From an uncultured delta proteobacterium (lineage in GTDB: Bacteria > Desulfobacterota > Binatia > Binatales > Binataceae), in NCBI GenBank assembly GCA_963808235.1, contig CAWEEQ010000004.1:1056001-1120000 (forward strand): DNA of 64,000 bases, written 5' to 3'. Under the pieces are notes generated by a model. The model saw only the letters and a list, made by a program, of their open reading frames with translations. It was not told the origin of the DNA and searched no databases. Shown piece by piece: positions 10,038 to 18,065 of the stretch; the stretch's first letter is position 1; each line of letters opens with the position of its first letter. A program made the translations under genes and the position numbers.

Positions 10038-11924
10038 GTGAGAAAAGCCGGCACCAGCGCACGCGCGTACCCGCGAATCCGCTTCAGCAATCGCGATGGT
10101 GAAGTAGCGAATCTCTGTGCTCGCGACCTGACCAGCGGACTTGCCGCGATGCTTGGACGCTCGATCGAGGCATCCGCCGAGGCGTCGCTGGATCGTACGG
10201 AAATCGTGATCGATCTGGGCGACGGCGCCGAATCGGCGCATCCGGAACGTCACGCACTCGAAGGCGACAGCTACGAAGTCTCGCGGCAGGGCGGCGAGTC
10301 CGGATCGATCGCGATCAGATCGGGCACAGAGCGAGGACTTATTCGCGCCGGCACTGATTTGCTCGAAAAGCTCGGCGCCCGATTCGCTCCAGGTGTCGAT
10401 CCGGTGTATCGGCATATCGAAGCTCGGCAGTTCGCCGCCATCGAACCCTTTCGCGTCACGCCCGCGTTCAAGCGCCGCGCCTTCGTGTCCGACATCATGA
10501 CCTGGAACTACAATTTCCCCGACCGCCTCGAATTGCATCTTCGCCACGATCGCGAATTCATCCCCTGGATGGCCCGCCGCGGCATCAACGCCTTCTCCTA
10601 CATCCGCCACGCTCACGACACCCGCCTCAAGATTGACGAGCTCGCGCCCCTGTTCCGCGAGCGCGGAATCAGCGCCGAGTACGGCGGCCACGTCCTCCAA
10701 CTCCTTCTTCCGCGCGATCGCTTCGACACGAATCCCGATTTTTTCCCCGCCGACGAGAACGGCGCGCGTATGCCCCAGGGAAATCTGTGCGTATCAAATC
10801 GTGAGGCACTCGCGATTGTCTGCGAGGGTTCGCTCGCCTACGTGCGCGAGCATCCCGAAAATGAGCTGCTCCACGTCTGGGGTGCCGACGTCCGCAAAGG
10901 CGCGTGGTGCCGATGCGCTCAGTGCCGCGAACTCGCGCCGCAGATCCAATATATGGATGTCGTCAATGCGATCGCCGCGAAACTCGCCGACGCCGACGCG
11001 CCGCCGGTCGCGTACCTCGCCTATCACGACACCATCGATCCGCACCCCGGCTTGAAGCCGCTTCCGAACGTATCGGTCGAATGGGCCCCGCGCGAGCGAT
11101 GCTACAGCCACGCGATTGACGACTCCTCGTGTGAGGTCAACCCGCGCTACCTCGAGTCGCTGAAGCGTTACATCGAAACCTTCGACGGCCGCGCTCACGT
11201 CTTCGAGTACTACGCCGACGCGATCCTGTTCGGCGGCCTCAGCTTCGCAACGCCAGCGGTCGTCGTGCGCGATCTTCGCGCATATCGCGCGCTCGGCATC
11301 ACCAGCATTTCGTGCCTCACCTTCGGCGCCTACAGCGTGATGGCCTATCCCGTGAACCTCGAGGCATTCGTGCGCGCGTCGATCAATCCCAACTTCGAGC
11401 CCGACGCTGCTTCGACCGAGACTGCCGCGGGACGCCATCCGCGATGCTCTCCTGAAATGACCACGGCGTACCGCGCAGTCGAGCGCGCGTCGAAGCTATG
11501 CCTCGACTATGCCGATGTGATGGCGTTCGTGATGCCGCCCGACAAGGCGGCGCGCAAGCGCGACGAGCTCCGCGAGGCGGCTCTGACATTCAACGAGGCT
11601 ATTGCGGCGGCCGATCAGATCGCGCCGAATCTCGACACTCCGCTCGCCGACGCTGAGAAAGAGCTCTGGCGCTACAGCAGTGACGTGCTCTCAGGCCTCT
11701 CCGAATATCTGGCCGCGCGCGAAGACCACACGGACAGGCGTGTCGCGCGCGGCGAGGCCGCGATCGCAAAAGTCAACGCCGCAATCGACCACATCCGCAA
11801 AATCGATCTCGAAATTAAGGGAACCTGGGGCGCGTACGATCTCGAATGGATCCGCGAGATGTGGCTCAACGCGCTCCGACGCGGCCTCGATGGCGCGGCA
11901 AAACCTGCGGAGGCACTATTCTGA
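10038..11924 (+). CDS. DUF4838-like protein (glycoside-hydrolase-like TIM barrel); start uncertain
   Basis: N-terminal GH20/67-like domain; WMARRGIN, NLCVSN, WCRCAQC and YLAYH motifs. Confidence 0.65.
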   Translation: MRKAGTSARAYPRIRFSNRDGEVANLCARDLTSGLAAMLGRSIEASAEASLDRTEIVIDLGDGAESAHPERHALEGDSYEVSRQGGESGSIAIRSGTERGLIRAGTDLLEKLGARFAPGVDPVYRHIEARQFAAIEPFRVTPAFKRRAFVSDIMTWNYNFPDRLELHLRHDREFIPWMARRGINAFSYIRHAHDTRLKIDELAPLFRERGISAEYGGHVLQLLLPRDRFDTNPDFFPADENGARMPQGNLCVSNREALAIVCEGSLAYVREHPENELLHVWGADVRKGAWCRCAQCRELAPQIQYMDVVNAIAAKLADADAPPVAYLAYHDTIDPHPGLKPLPNVSVEWAPRERCYSHAIDDSSCEVNPRYLESLKRYIETFDGRAHVFEYYADAILFGGLSFATPAVVVRDLRAYRALGITSISCLTFGAYSVMAYPVNLEAFVRASINPNFEPDAASTETAAGRHPRCSPEMTTAYRAVERASKLCLDYADVMAFVMPPDKAARKRDELREAALTFNEAIAAADQIAPNLDTPLADAEKELWRYSSDVLSGLSEYLAAREDHTDRRVARGEAAIAKVNAAIDHIRKIDLEIKGTWGAYDLEWIREMWLNALRRGLDGAAKPAEALF

Positions 11925-13081
11925 TGGACACCGGATTCGTATTGTCGCCGGAGCTCGCCGCGCTGCGCGATCAGGTCGGAAAAATAATCCGCGAGGAAAT
12001 TATTCCGATCGAAGCGCGCATCGATCCCGACGCCCCCGAAATCCCCGAGAACGAATACTGGGCGATCGCCCGCAAGATGCAGGCCGCCGGGATGTGGTGC
12101 ATGGGTGCGCCGCGCGAGTACGGCGGCGGCGGCCTCGGCACCTTCGACATGTGCGTCCTCACCGAAGAAATGGCGCAGCATCGGATGGGCCTCTACAACC
12201 CCGGATGCGGCGTTTTCGGGCGCACGCCGCCGCCGGTGATTTACGCCGGCACCGACGAGCAGAAGCGCACTTATGCCGGCGGGACGATCAAAAATGCGTG
12301 GCACACGTTCTTTGCGATCACCGAGCCGTCGGGCGGCTCCGATCCCGCCGGCGCGATCCAGTGTCGCGCCGTCCGCCAGGGCGATACCTACGTCCTGAAC
12401 GGGACCAAGATTTTTATCTCGCACGCGCACGAAGCAGAGTGGGGCGTCGTTTTCACCCGCACCGATCCCAAGGCCGGCCGCAAAGGCATCACCTGCTTCA
12501 TCATCAAGAAGGGCGCCGCTGGATTTACCCCGCGTCCAATTCGCACGCTCAGGACTTCGGCCGTTCCCAACGAAGTACAGTTCGAAGATTGCATCGTTCC
12601 GATTGAGCAACGTCTCGGTCCCGAGGGCGAAGGCTTGAATCTATGCCTCGATCTCCTGACCCGCCTCCGTTTCCCATATTCAGCATGCAATGTCGGCGTC
12701 GGTGTCGCCGCGCTCAAGATGGCGATCGATCACTCCAAACAGCGCAGTACTTTTGGCGAGTTGCTCTCGAAGCGGCAGGCTATCCAGTGGATGCTCGCCG
12801 ACTCGGAAGTCGAGCTCCGTGCCGCGCGATGGCTCACGTGGGAGGGTGCGTGGAAGGCCGATCGCGGCGATGATTTCCGCACCGAGGCGTCGATCGCAAA
12901 GCTCTACTCGAGCGAGGTGCTGGGCCGGGTCATCGATCGCGCGGTGCAGATTCACGGCGGCTACGGCGTCAGCAAAGAGTTCCCGCTCGAGCGATGGTAT
13001 CGCGAGGCGCGCATCCGTCGAATCGGCGAAGGCCCCAGCGAAGTCCATCGCATGGTAATCGCCCGCTCGATCCTCAGATGA
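11924..13081 (+). CDS. Acyl-CoA dehydrogenase
   Basis: FAITEPSGGSD, LNGTKIFIS, AVQIHGGYG, RIGEGPSEV. Confidence 0.95.
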   Translation: MDTGFVLSPELAALRDQVGKIIREEIIPIEARIDPDAPEIPENEYWAIARKMQAAGMWCMGAPREYGGGGLGTFDMCVLTEEMAQHRMGLYNPGCGVFGRTPPPVIYAGTDEQKRTYAGGTIKNAWHTFFAITEPSGGSDPAGAIQCRAVRQGDTYVLNGTKIFISHAHEAEWGVVFTRTDPKAGRKGITCFIIKKGAAGFTPRPIRTLRTSAVPNEVQFEDCIVPIEQRLGPEGEGLNLCLDLLTRLRFPYSACNVGVGVAALKMAIDHSKQRSTFGELLSKRQAIQWMLADSEVELRAARWLTWEGAWKADRGDDFRTEASIAKLYSSEVLGRVIDRAVQIHGGYGVSKEFPLERWYREARIRRIGEGPSEVHRMVIARSILR

Positions 13082-13121
13082 GCTCGTATATAAGGATGAT
13101 GGTCTTAGCAGGAGGCGCTCG

Positions 13122-14306
13122 ATGACTCTGCCGCTCGATAACATCCGCGTGATCGATCTCGGCCAGGTCTACGCGGCGCCGTACTGCACCCTGCAACTCG
13201 CCGCGATGGGCGCTGACATCATCAAGATCGAACCGCCGATCACCGGCGAAGTCCTCCGTCGCCCCGAGCTGCCGCCGGGCGGCGCCGGTTATTCGTTCCT
13301 GATGCTCAACGCCAACAAGCGCTCGGTAACGATCAATCTCAAAGACCGGCGCGGACAGGAAATCGTCCTCAAGCTGCTCGAGGACGCGGACGTCCTGGTC
13401 GAGAACTATCTCGACGGCGTGATGGAATCCTTCGGACTCGGCTACGACCAGATCGCCTCGCGATTTCCCCGGCTCATCTACGCGTCAGGCAAGGGCTACG
13501 GATCGAACAGCCGCTACGCGAAGCTCGGCTCGATGGACAATACGATCCAGGCCTCGTCGGGTTTTATCAGCGTCACCGGATTTCCTGATCAACCGGTGAA
13601 AACCTCGGCGACCTTTATCGATATGGGCACCGGCAGTCATCTGACCAGCGGAATTCTGGCGGCGCTGATTCATCGCGGCAAAACCGGGCGCGGACAGCAT
13701 GTAGAAGTCGCGATGCTCGACGTTGCGATCTCCGCACTCACCAGCGCGGTGGCGCCGGCCCTGCAAGGGATGAAGTTCAAGCGGCTCGGCAATCGTCACT
13801 GGGGCGCATGCCCGACCAACATCTATCCGGCGAGCGACGGCGAGATTTTGATCTTCTGCCTGACCGAGGCGCATTGGCGCACGCTCGCTAAACTGATGGG
13901 CCGCGAAGGGCTGATCGCCGACCCACGATGCAAGAATCACGGCGCGCGGCTTAAGATCGCCGACGAACTCGACGCGATCGTCGCCGACTGGACGCGTCCG
14001 CAGCCGCGCGACGCGATCGTCGACGGACTCATGGTGGCGGGAATTCCTTGCGCGCCGGTTCGCAGCGTCGAGGAAGTGATCGCAGATCCCGAAGTTGTGC
14101 AGCGCCGGATGCTCATCGACAGCGACTATCCGACGCGTGGCGCAATCAAGGTTTCCGGCACCCCGATCAAGCTTTCCGACGCGCGCGACTCGAGCCGCCC
14201 GCTCAAACGCCCGCCCGCGCTCGGCGAGCACACCGCCGAAGTGCTCGCATCGATCGGAATCGGCGCCGACGAACTCGAAAGCCTCAAACGCGACGGAGTC
14301 ATCTAA
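13122..14306 (+). CDS. CaiB/BaiF class III CoA transferase
   Basis: GADIIKIEPP, NANKRSVTINLK, DVLVENY, PPALGEHT. Confidence 0.95.
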   Translation: MTLPLDNIRVIDLGQVYAAPYCTLQLAAMGADIIKIEPPITGEVLRRPELPPGGAGYSFLMLNANKRSVTINLKDRRGQEIVLKLLEDADVLVENYLDGVMESFGLGYDQIASRFPRLIYASGKGYGSNSRYAKLGSMDNTIQASSGFISVTGFPDQPVKTSATFIDMGTGSHLTSGILAALIHRGKTGRGQHVEVAMLDVAISALTSAVAPALQGMKFKRLGNRHWGACPTNIYPASDGEILIFCLTEAHWRTLAKLMGREGLIADPRCKNHGARLKIADELDAIVADWTRPQPRDAIVDGLMVAGIPCAPVRSVEEVIADPEVVQRRMLIDSDYPTRGAIKVSGTPIKLSDARDSSRPLKRPPALGEHTAEVLASIGIGADELESLKRDGVI

Positions 14307-14405
14307 GAGTCTGTGAAAGCGTGAAAAAATTAGAAATTGCGCGGCGGTTCGCGATTGGTGATTGGCCTCGCATGATGTCTTCTTCTTGTGCTTTTCCCGT
14401 TTTCT

Positions 14406-14713
14406 GTCGTCCTGAGCGGAGTCTGCGGAGTCTAACGACCGGAGCCTGCCCTGAGTATTCTCGAAGGGCGAAGCGATTCTCTTTCTTTTCTTCTTTGTGT
14501 CATCCCGAGCGTAGCCGAGGGACCCCGGATCTTTTTCAATGCGCGCAACACCACACCTTGCCCGCACCTCCGACCCGCTCGCCCCGATGGAATCCTGATG
14601 CGCTTCCTCTCTCCGCCATCCACGCGCTCTTTTTGGTCATCCTGAGCGGAGTCTGCGGAGTCGAAGGACCGGAGCCTGCCCTGAGTATTCTCGAAGGGCG
14701 AAGCGATTCTCTT
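14406..14713 (+). repeat. REP-like cluster: two ~78-bp direct repeats flanking a GTCATCCCGAGCGTAGCCGAGGGAC unit
   Basis: 14406-14483 is nearly identical to 14636-14713; the middle unit (14492-14535) recurs at ~45707-45750. Confidence 0.85.
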
Positions 14714-14740
14714 CTGAGCACAACTCTAAACGCGAGTCGG

Positions 14741-15406
14741 ATGCGACGCGCGCGGCTCAATTTCATCGCGCCGATGGCGCTCGCGATCTCGATCGCACTA
14801 TCGGCATGCGGCACCGTCGAACAAACGACGACCTACTATCCACTGAACAATCAAACCGTTCCGACCGGGAAGAACGCGCTCGACGTATCGCCCGCGAAAT
14901 TCACCGCCGACCTGGTCACGCCCGCGGGATTCAAGGTCAATACCAACGGCCAATACAAAACCGCGGAACAGCGGATCGCGGCGGCCGCTGCGATCGATCG
15001 CTACTGGAGCGAAGTCAGCAAGTGCGCGACCGGCGTCGTCGACGCACCGGGCGCCGACAATGCCGCGCAACTCATCTCCGAATTCCCAACTCATCTGTCG
15101 ATCGAAATCGCCAACACCTGGACGATGGTCGAAGGCCCGGCCACTCACCGCCGCATGCAGGCCTTCCCGTCGCTCGCCCGACCCGGCACCTGGTCCACAG
15201 CACGTCGCGAAGAAGACGAACTCTACATCCTGGTGGTCCCGGAACTGAACGGACTAGCCCCGCAGATGGCCGGCGAACTAAACCTCTGGCTCCGCAACCA
15301 AATCACCCTGATGAACAACCTGGCAACCACCTGCTCCTCAGTCCCCTGCATAAAATTCAGCTACAACAACACCCCAAGCCAAGCCTTCAACGAATGCGTC
15401 CAGTAG
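14741..15406 (+). CDS. Hypothetical lipoprotein
   Basis: Basic N-terminus, hydrophobic stretch and LSAC lipobox; the upstream ORF extension runs through repeats. Confidence 0.7.
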   Translation: MRRARLNFIAPMALAISIALSACGTVEQTTTYYPLNNQTVPTGKNALDVSPAKFTADLVTPAGFKVNTNGQYKTAEQRIAAAAAIDRYWSEVSKCATGVVDAPGADNAAQLISEFPTHLSIEIANTWTMVEGPATHRRMQAFPSLARPGTWSTARREEDELYILVVPELNGLAPQMAGELNLWLRNQITLMNNLATTCSSVPCIKFSYNNTPSQAFNECVQ

Positions 15407-15409
15407 AAT

Positions 15410-15560
15410 TCCTACCTCGCCCGTTACTCTACGGGAGAGGAGGCAGGCCGCCTCGCGGCCGGTAGGTGAGGGTTCTGCCGATCCGAAGCACTTGAGCGCC
15501 TCACACACACACTACGACGGTTCCCCTTCCCTCAAGGGAAGGGGTTAGGGGTTAGGTTAG
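15410..15560. repeat. REP-like palindromic elements
   Basis: CCTCGCCCG..CGGGAGAGG..GGTGAGGG unit (also at 44058-44110); ACTACGA..TTCCCCTTCCCTCAAGGGAAGGGGTTAGGGGTTAGG unit (also at ~45650, ~45857 and split at 46921/50302). Confidence 0.8.
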
Positions 15561-15632
15561 CCGGTACAAGTGCGACATGTATGAAGCCGGCCACTTGCCG
15601 ATCGCAAGTATTCAAATGTATCCTCTTTGAAT

Positions 15633-15893
15633 ATGCCCACCGAAAAAACCACCACCGTCCGCATGGAAAGCCGCACCCTCAAACGCGTCGATGGTCTCGC
15701 CAATGCGATGAGCCGCTCGCGGGCATGGGTGATTAATCAGGCCGTCGAACGCTACCTCGACTATGAGGAATGGTTCGTCAGCGAGGTCAAGCAGGCGCTG
15801 AAGGAGGCCGAGCGCGGCCGCCTCCTGGATCACGAGACCGTGGCAAAACGATGGGAGCGCAAGCGTGCGGCTAAAGTGGACGCGCGCCGCTAA
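15633..15893 (+). CDS. CopG/RHH antitoxin
   Basis: TTTVRM..LKRVDGLA..SRSRAWVINQAVERYL ribbon-helix-helix; overlaps the toxin gene. Confidence 0.88.
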   Translation: MPTEKTTTVRMESRTLKRVDGLANAMSRSRAWVINQAVERYLDYEEWFVSEVKQALKEAERGRLLDHETVAKRWERKRAAKVDARR

Positions 15894-16149
15894 CCGCGAC
15901 CTCGATTCGGTCGAGGAATATATCAGCGCCGACAACCCCCGCGCCGCCATCGACACAGTGCTCGAGATCATCCGCCACGTCGGGATGCTCGCCAATCATC
16001 CAGGCATCGGACGCCCCGGCCGCGTCGACGGCACCCGCGAGCTGATAATCGCCGGACTTCCGTACGTGGTCGCATACCTTCATCGCGGCGACACCGTCAC
16101 AGTGCTGCGAGTCCTGCACGCCGCGATGAAATGGCCGAAGCGGTTCTGA
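15865..16149 (+). CDS. RelE/ParE family toxin
   Basis: LKWTRAANRDL, HPGIGRPGRVDGTRELI, VLRVLH. Confidence 0.9.
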   Translation: MRLKWTRAANRDLDSVEEYISADNPRAAIDTVLEIIRHVGMLANHPGIGRPGRVDGTRELIIAGLPYVVAYLHRGDTVTVLRVLHAAMKWPKRF

Positions 16150-16188
16150 CCCTTGCGCCGAGCCTCTAAGTCCGCGCCTTGAGTCATA

Positions 16189-16230
16189 TTGAAGTAGCGA
16201 AAGTACCCGTTGAAGTAGCGAAAGTACCCG
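16189..16230. repeat. 21-bp perfect tandem duplication
   Basis: TTGAAGTAGCGAAAGTACCCG twice. Confidence 0.9.
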
Positions 16231-16406
16231 GCATCGAAACTCGGCTGCGATCTCCTTCTAGCCGTGCCAGGACGATATGACCTTGCTTGCCCTAAGGATG
16301 ACATTGTGTTAGCAGCGATTGCGGCATCGACATGTAGTCGGCAGTTATTTCACTGCCGGAGTTCAAAGGAGCAACTCTCCGCGCGGCGGCTCAGCACCGC
16401 GCGAAA

Positions 16407-17768
16407 GTGATTGAGCGTCGAACTCTGTTCGTATCAAGGGAGGGGCAAATGGACAGGCGAAAGGACAGGCGAACATTCGGTTCTTTCCTAAGCGCTTGCA
16501 GAGAATGGTTCGTGAACGTCTTCAATACCTTTGGCGTCGCTATCCTGACCTGGGCCGTAGTCGGCGTCGCACTATATTTTGGTTCGTACCACAGCAGCGA
16601 TGATAACGCGATTCGTCTTTTCCCGATTACGTACCATACGGCGATCTGGGTCATAGCCTGTCTGTTTCCCCTGACCAGTACCCTCTATCTTATTTTCGAT
16701 TTGCGGCTGCGGCGAAACCAAATCCAGGACGCCGCGGAGCGAGTCCAGCTCCAGTATGTTTATTTTCCGAGCAGCGATTCTGCCGCCGAGGATTTTTCGC
16801 GCTTTCTGCACCTGCGATTTCGAGAGTCCTGCCAGCCATGGGAGTTGGCCATTTTTTCTCTTGTCGCGGCGGGAATCGCTTTTGTAGGCGCCTACCTCGT
16901 TTACTGCGCCACATTCAAATTCCCCAACCTCAAGGATCCCAACGAAGTAAAGGTTCAGAGCGAGGGCGCGATGATCATGTTCGCTGCGTTCTCCGGGTCT
17001 CTTGCTGGCGCATGCATTTTTATCTTCAACAAGTTCCGCACCTTCGACCTCTACCCGTCGACCTACCTGCAAGCCAGCATCGGCTTTGTGTCAGGCACTT
17101 TGGCAGGTACCTTTGTCGGCAGCCTGTATCCTTCCGATAAGTTAAGATTTCTTGCCTTCGCTATCGGATTTCTAACTTCTACAAATGTGAGCTTTCTAGG
17201 CACTCTATTGCGCCGCCAGGTGGCGCAGCTCACCGGAACGACCTTGCCTGAGGATAAGACGGGTGACCTCGATGCGATCATCTCCAACGCGGCGGCCATA
17301 GAGTCTTTGCATAACATCTCCATCTATTCCGTCGCCGACTTGGTCAAGGCAGAACCCTTGATTATTTATCTGAATCTGCCGGCGCATATCGCGGTTATCA
17401 ATGGCTGGATCGACGAAGGACTCGTCTTATATTACTTCGGCCCGGAAACCGTTGCCTTGTTAGCGAAATTCGCGGTCAGACGCTTCACCCAATTACTTGA
17501 GATGGCGGTTGAAACGTGGCCTGCACAAAGCCATCCTGCCAGCGAGATTGTCTGGAGTGATCGCATACCACTGTTGGCCGATTCCGGGATCGAAAACATA
17601 GTAATGACCGAAATGCGCTGCATAGTAGAATCCGGATCACACAATCGCCTGCTCGGAATCTTATCCGATCGATATAGGCTGACGTTCTACCCTGCGGACC
17701 TGCGTGTGGGACATCCGGTCGCAGCCCCAACCGCAACGCGGTTGCAAGCCGTAGGCAGCGAAATGTGA
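16407..17768 (+). CDS. Hypothetical multi-pass membrane protein with soluble C-terminal domain
   Basis: About 6 hydrophobic segments; visibly lower GC than flanks. Confidence 0.75.
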   Translation: MIERRTLFVSREGQMDRRKDRRTFGSFLSACREWFVNVFNTFGVAILTWAVVGVALYFGSYHSSDDNAIRLFPITYHTAIWVIACLFPLTSTLYLIFDLRLRRNQIQDAAERVQLQYVYFPSSDSAAEDFSRFLHLRFRESCQPWELAIFSLVAAGIAFVGAYLVYCATFKFPNLKDPNEVKVQSEGAMIMFAAFSGSLAGACIFIFNKFRTFDLYPSTYLQASIGFVSGTLAGTFVGSLYPSDKLRFLAFAIGFLTSTNVSFLGTLLRRQVAQLTGTTLPEDKTGDLDAIISNAAAIESLHNISIYSVADLVKAEPLIIYLNLPAHIAVINGWIDEGLVLYYFGPETVALLAKFAVRRFTQLLEMAVETWPAQSHPASEIVWSDRIPLLADSGIENIVMTEMRCIVESGSHNRLLGILSDRYRLTFYPADLRVGHPVAAPTATRLQAVGSEM

Positions 17769-17808
17769 TCGGTCGACCGCCGGAAAGCACCGTCGTCTCA
17801 TTCAACAA

Positions 17809-17898
17809 GGTCGCATACCTTCATCGTGGCGACACCGTAACCGTGCTCCGAGTCCTCCACCGCGCGATGAAATGGCCGAAGCCGTCTTGACCCTTGCG
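17809..17898 (+). repeat. Degenerate copy of the toxin gene 3' end
   Basis: Matches 16068-16157 (GGTCGCATACCTTCATCG...ATGAAATGGCCGAAG...TGACCCTTGCG). Confidence 0.9.
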
Positions 17899-18065
17899 TT
17901 GAGCGTCCCGCTCCGCCCCTGGCGCCAGCCGCGCAGGCGAGACTACGATTCCTAGCTCTTTTCCCAACGCTATATCTGGATCGTTTGTTCCGCAGATAAC
18001 ATTTGCTCACTTCTAGTCGCACCAATATGACTTCCTGTGGCTGAATTCCTGATACAATTGACGCG

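Noticed and set aside
14400-14720. Possible CRISPR array
   Set aside because: Only two long repeats, no regular repeat-spacer period and no cas genes; it fits REP-like elements.
14048-14740. N-terminal extension of the 452-aa ORF
   Set aside because: It overlaps the CoA transferase and crosses repeats; the lipoprotein signal begins at 14741.
15540-15557. Telomere-like TTAGGG repeats
   Set aside because: Only about two units, embedded in a dispersed palindromic repeat.
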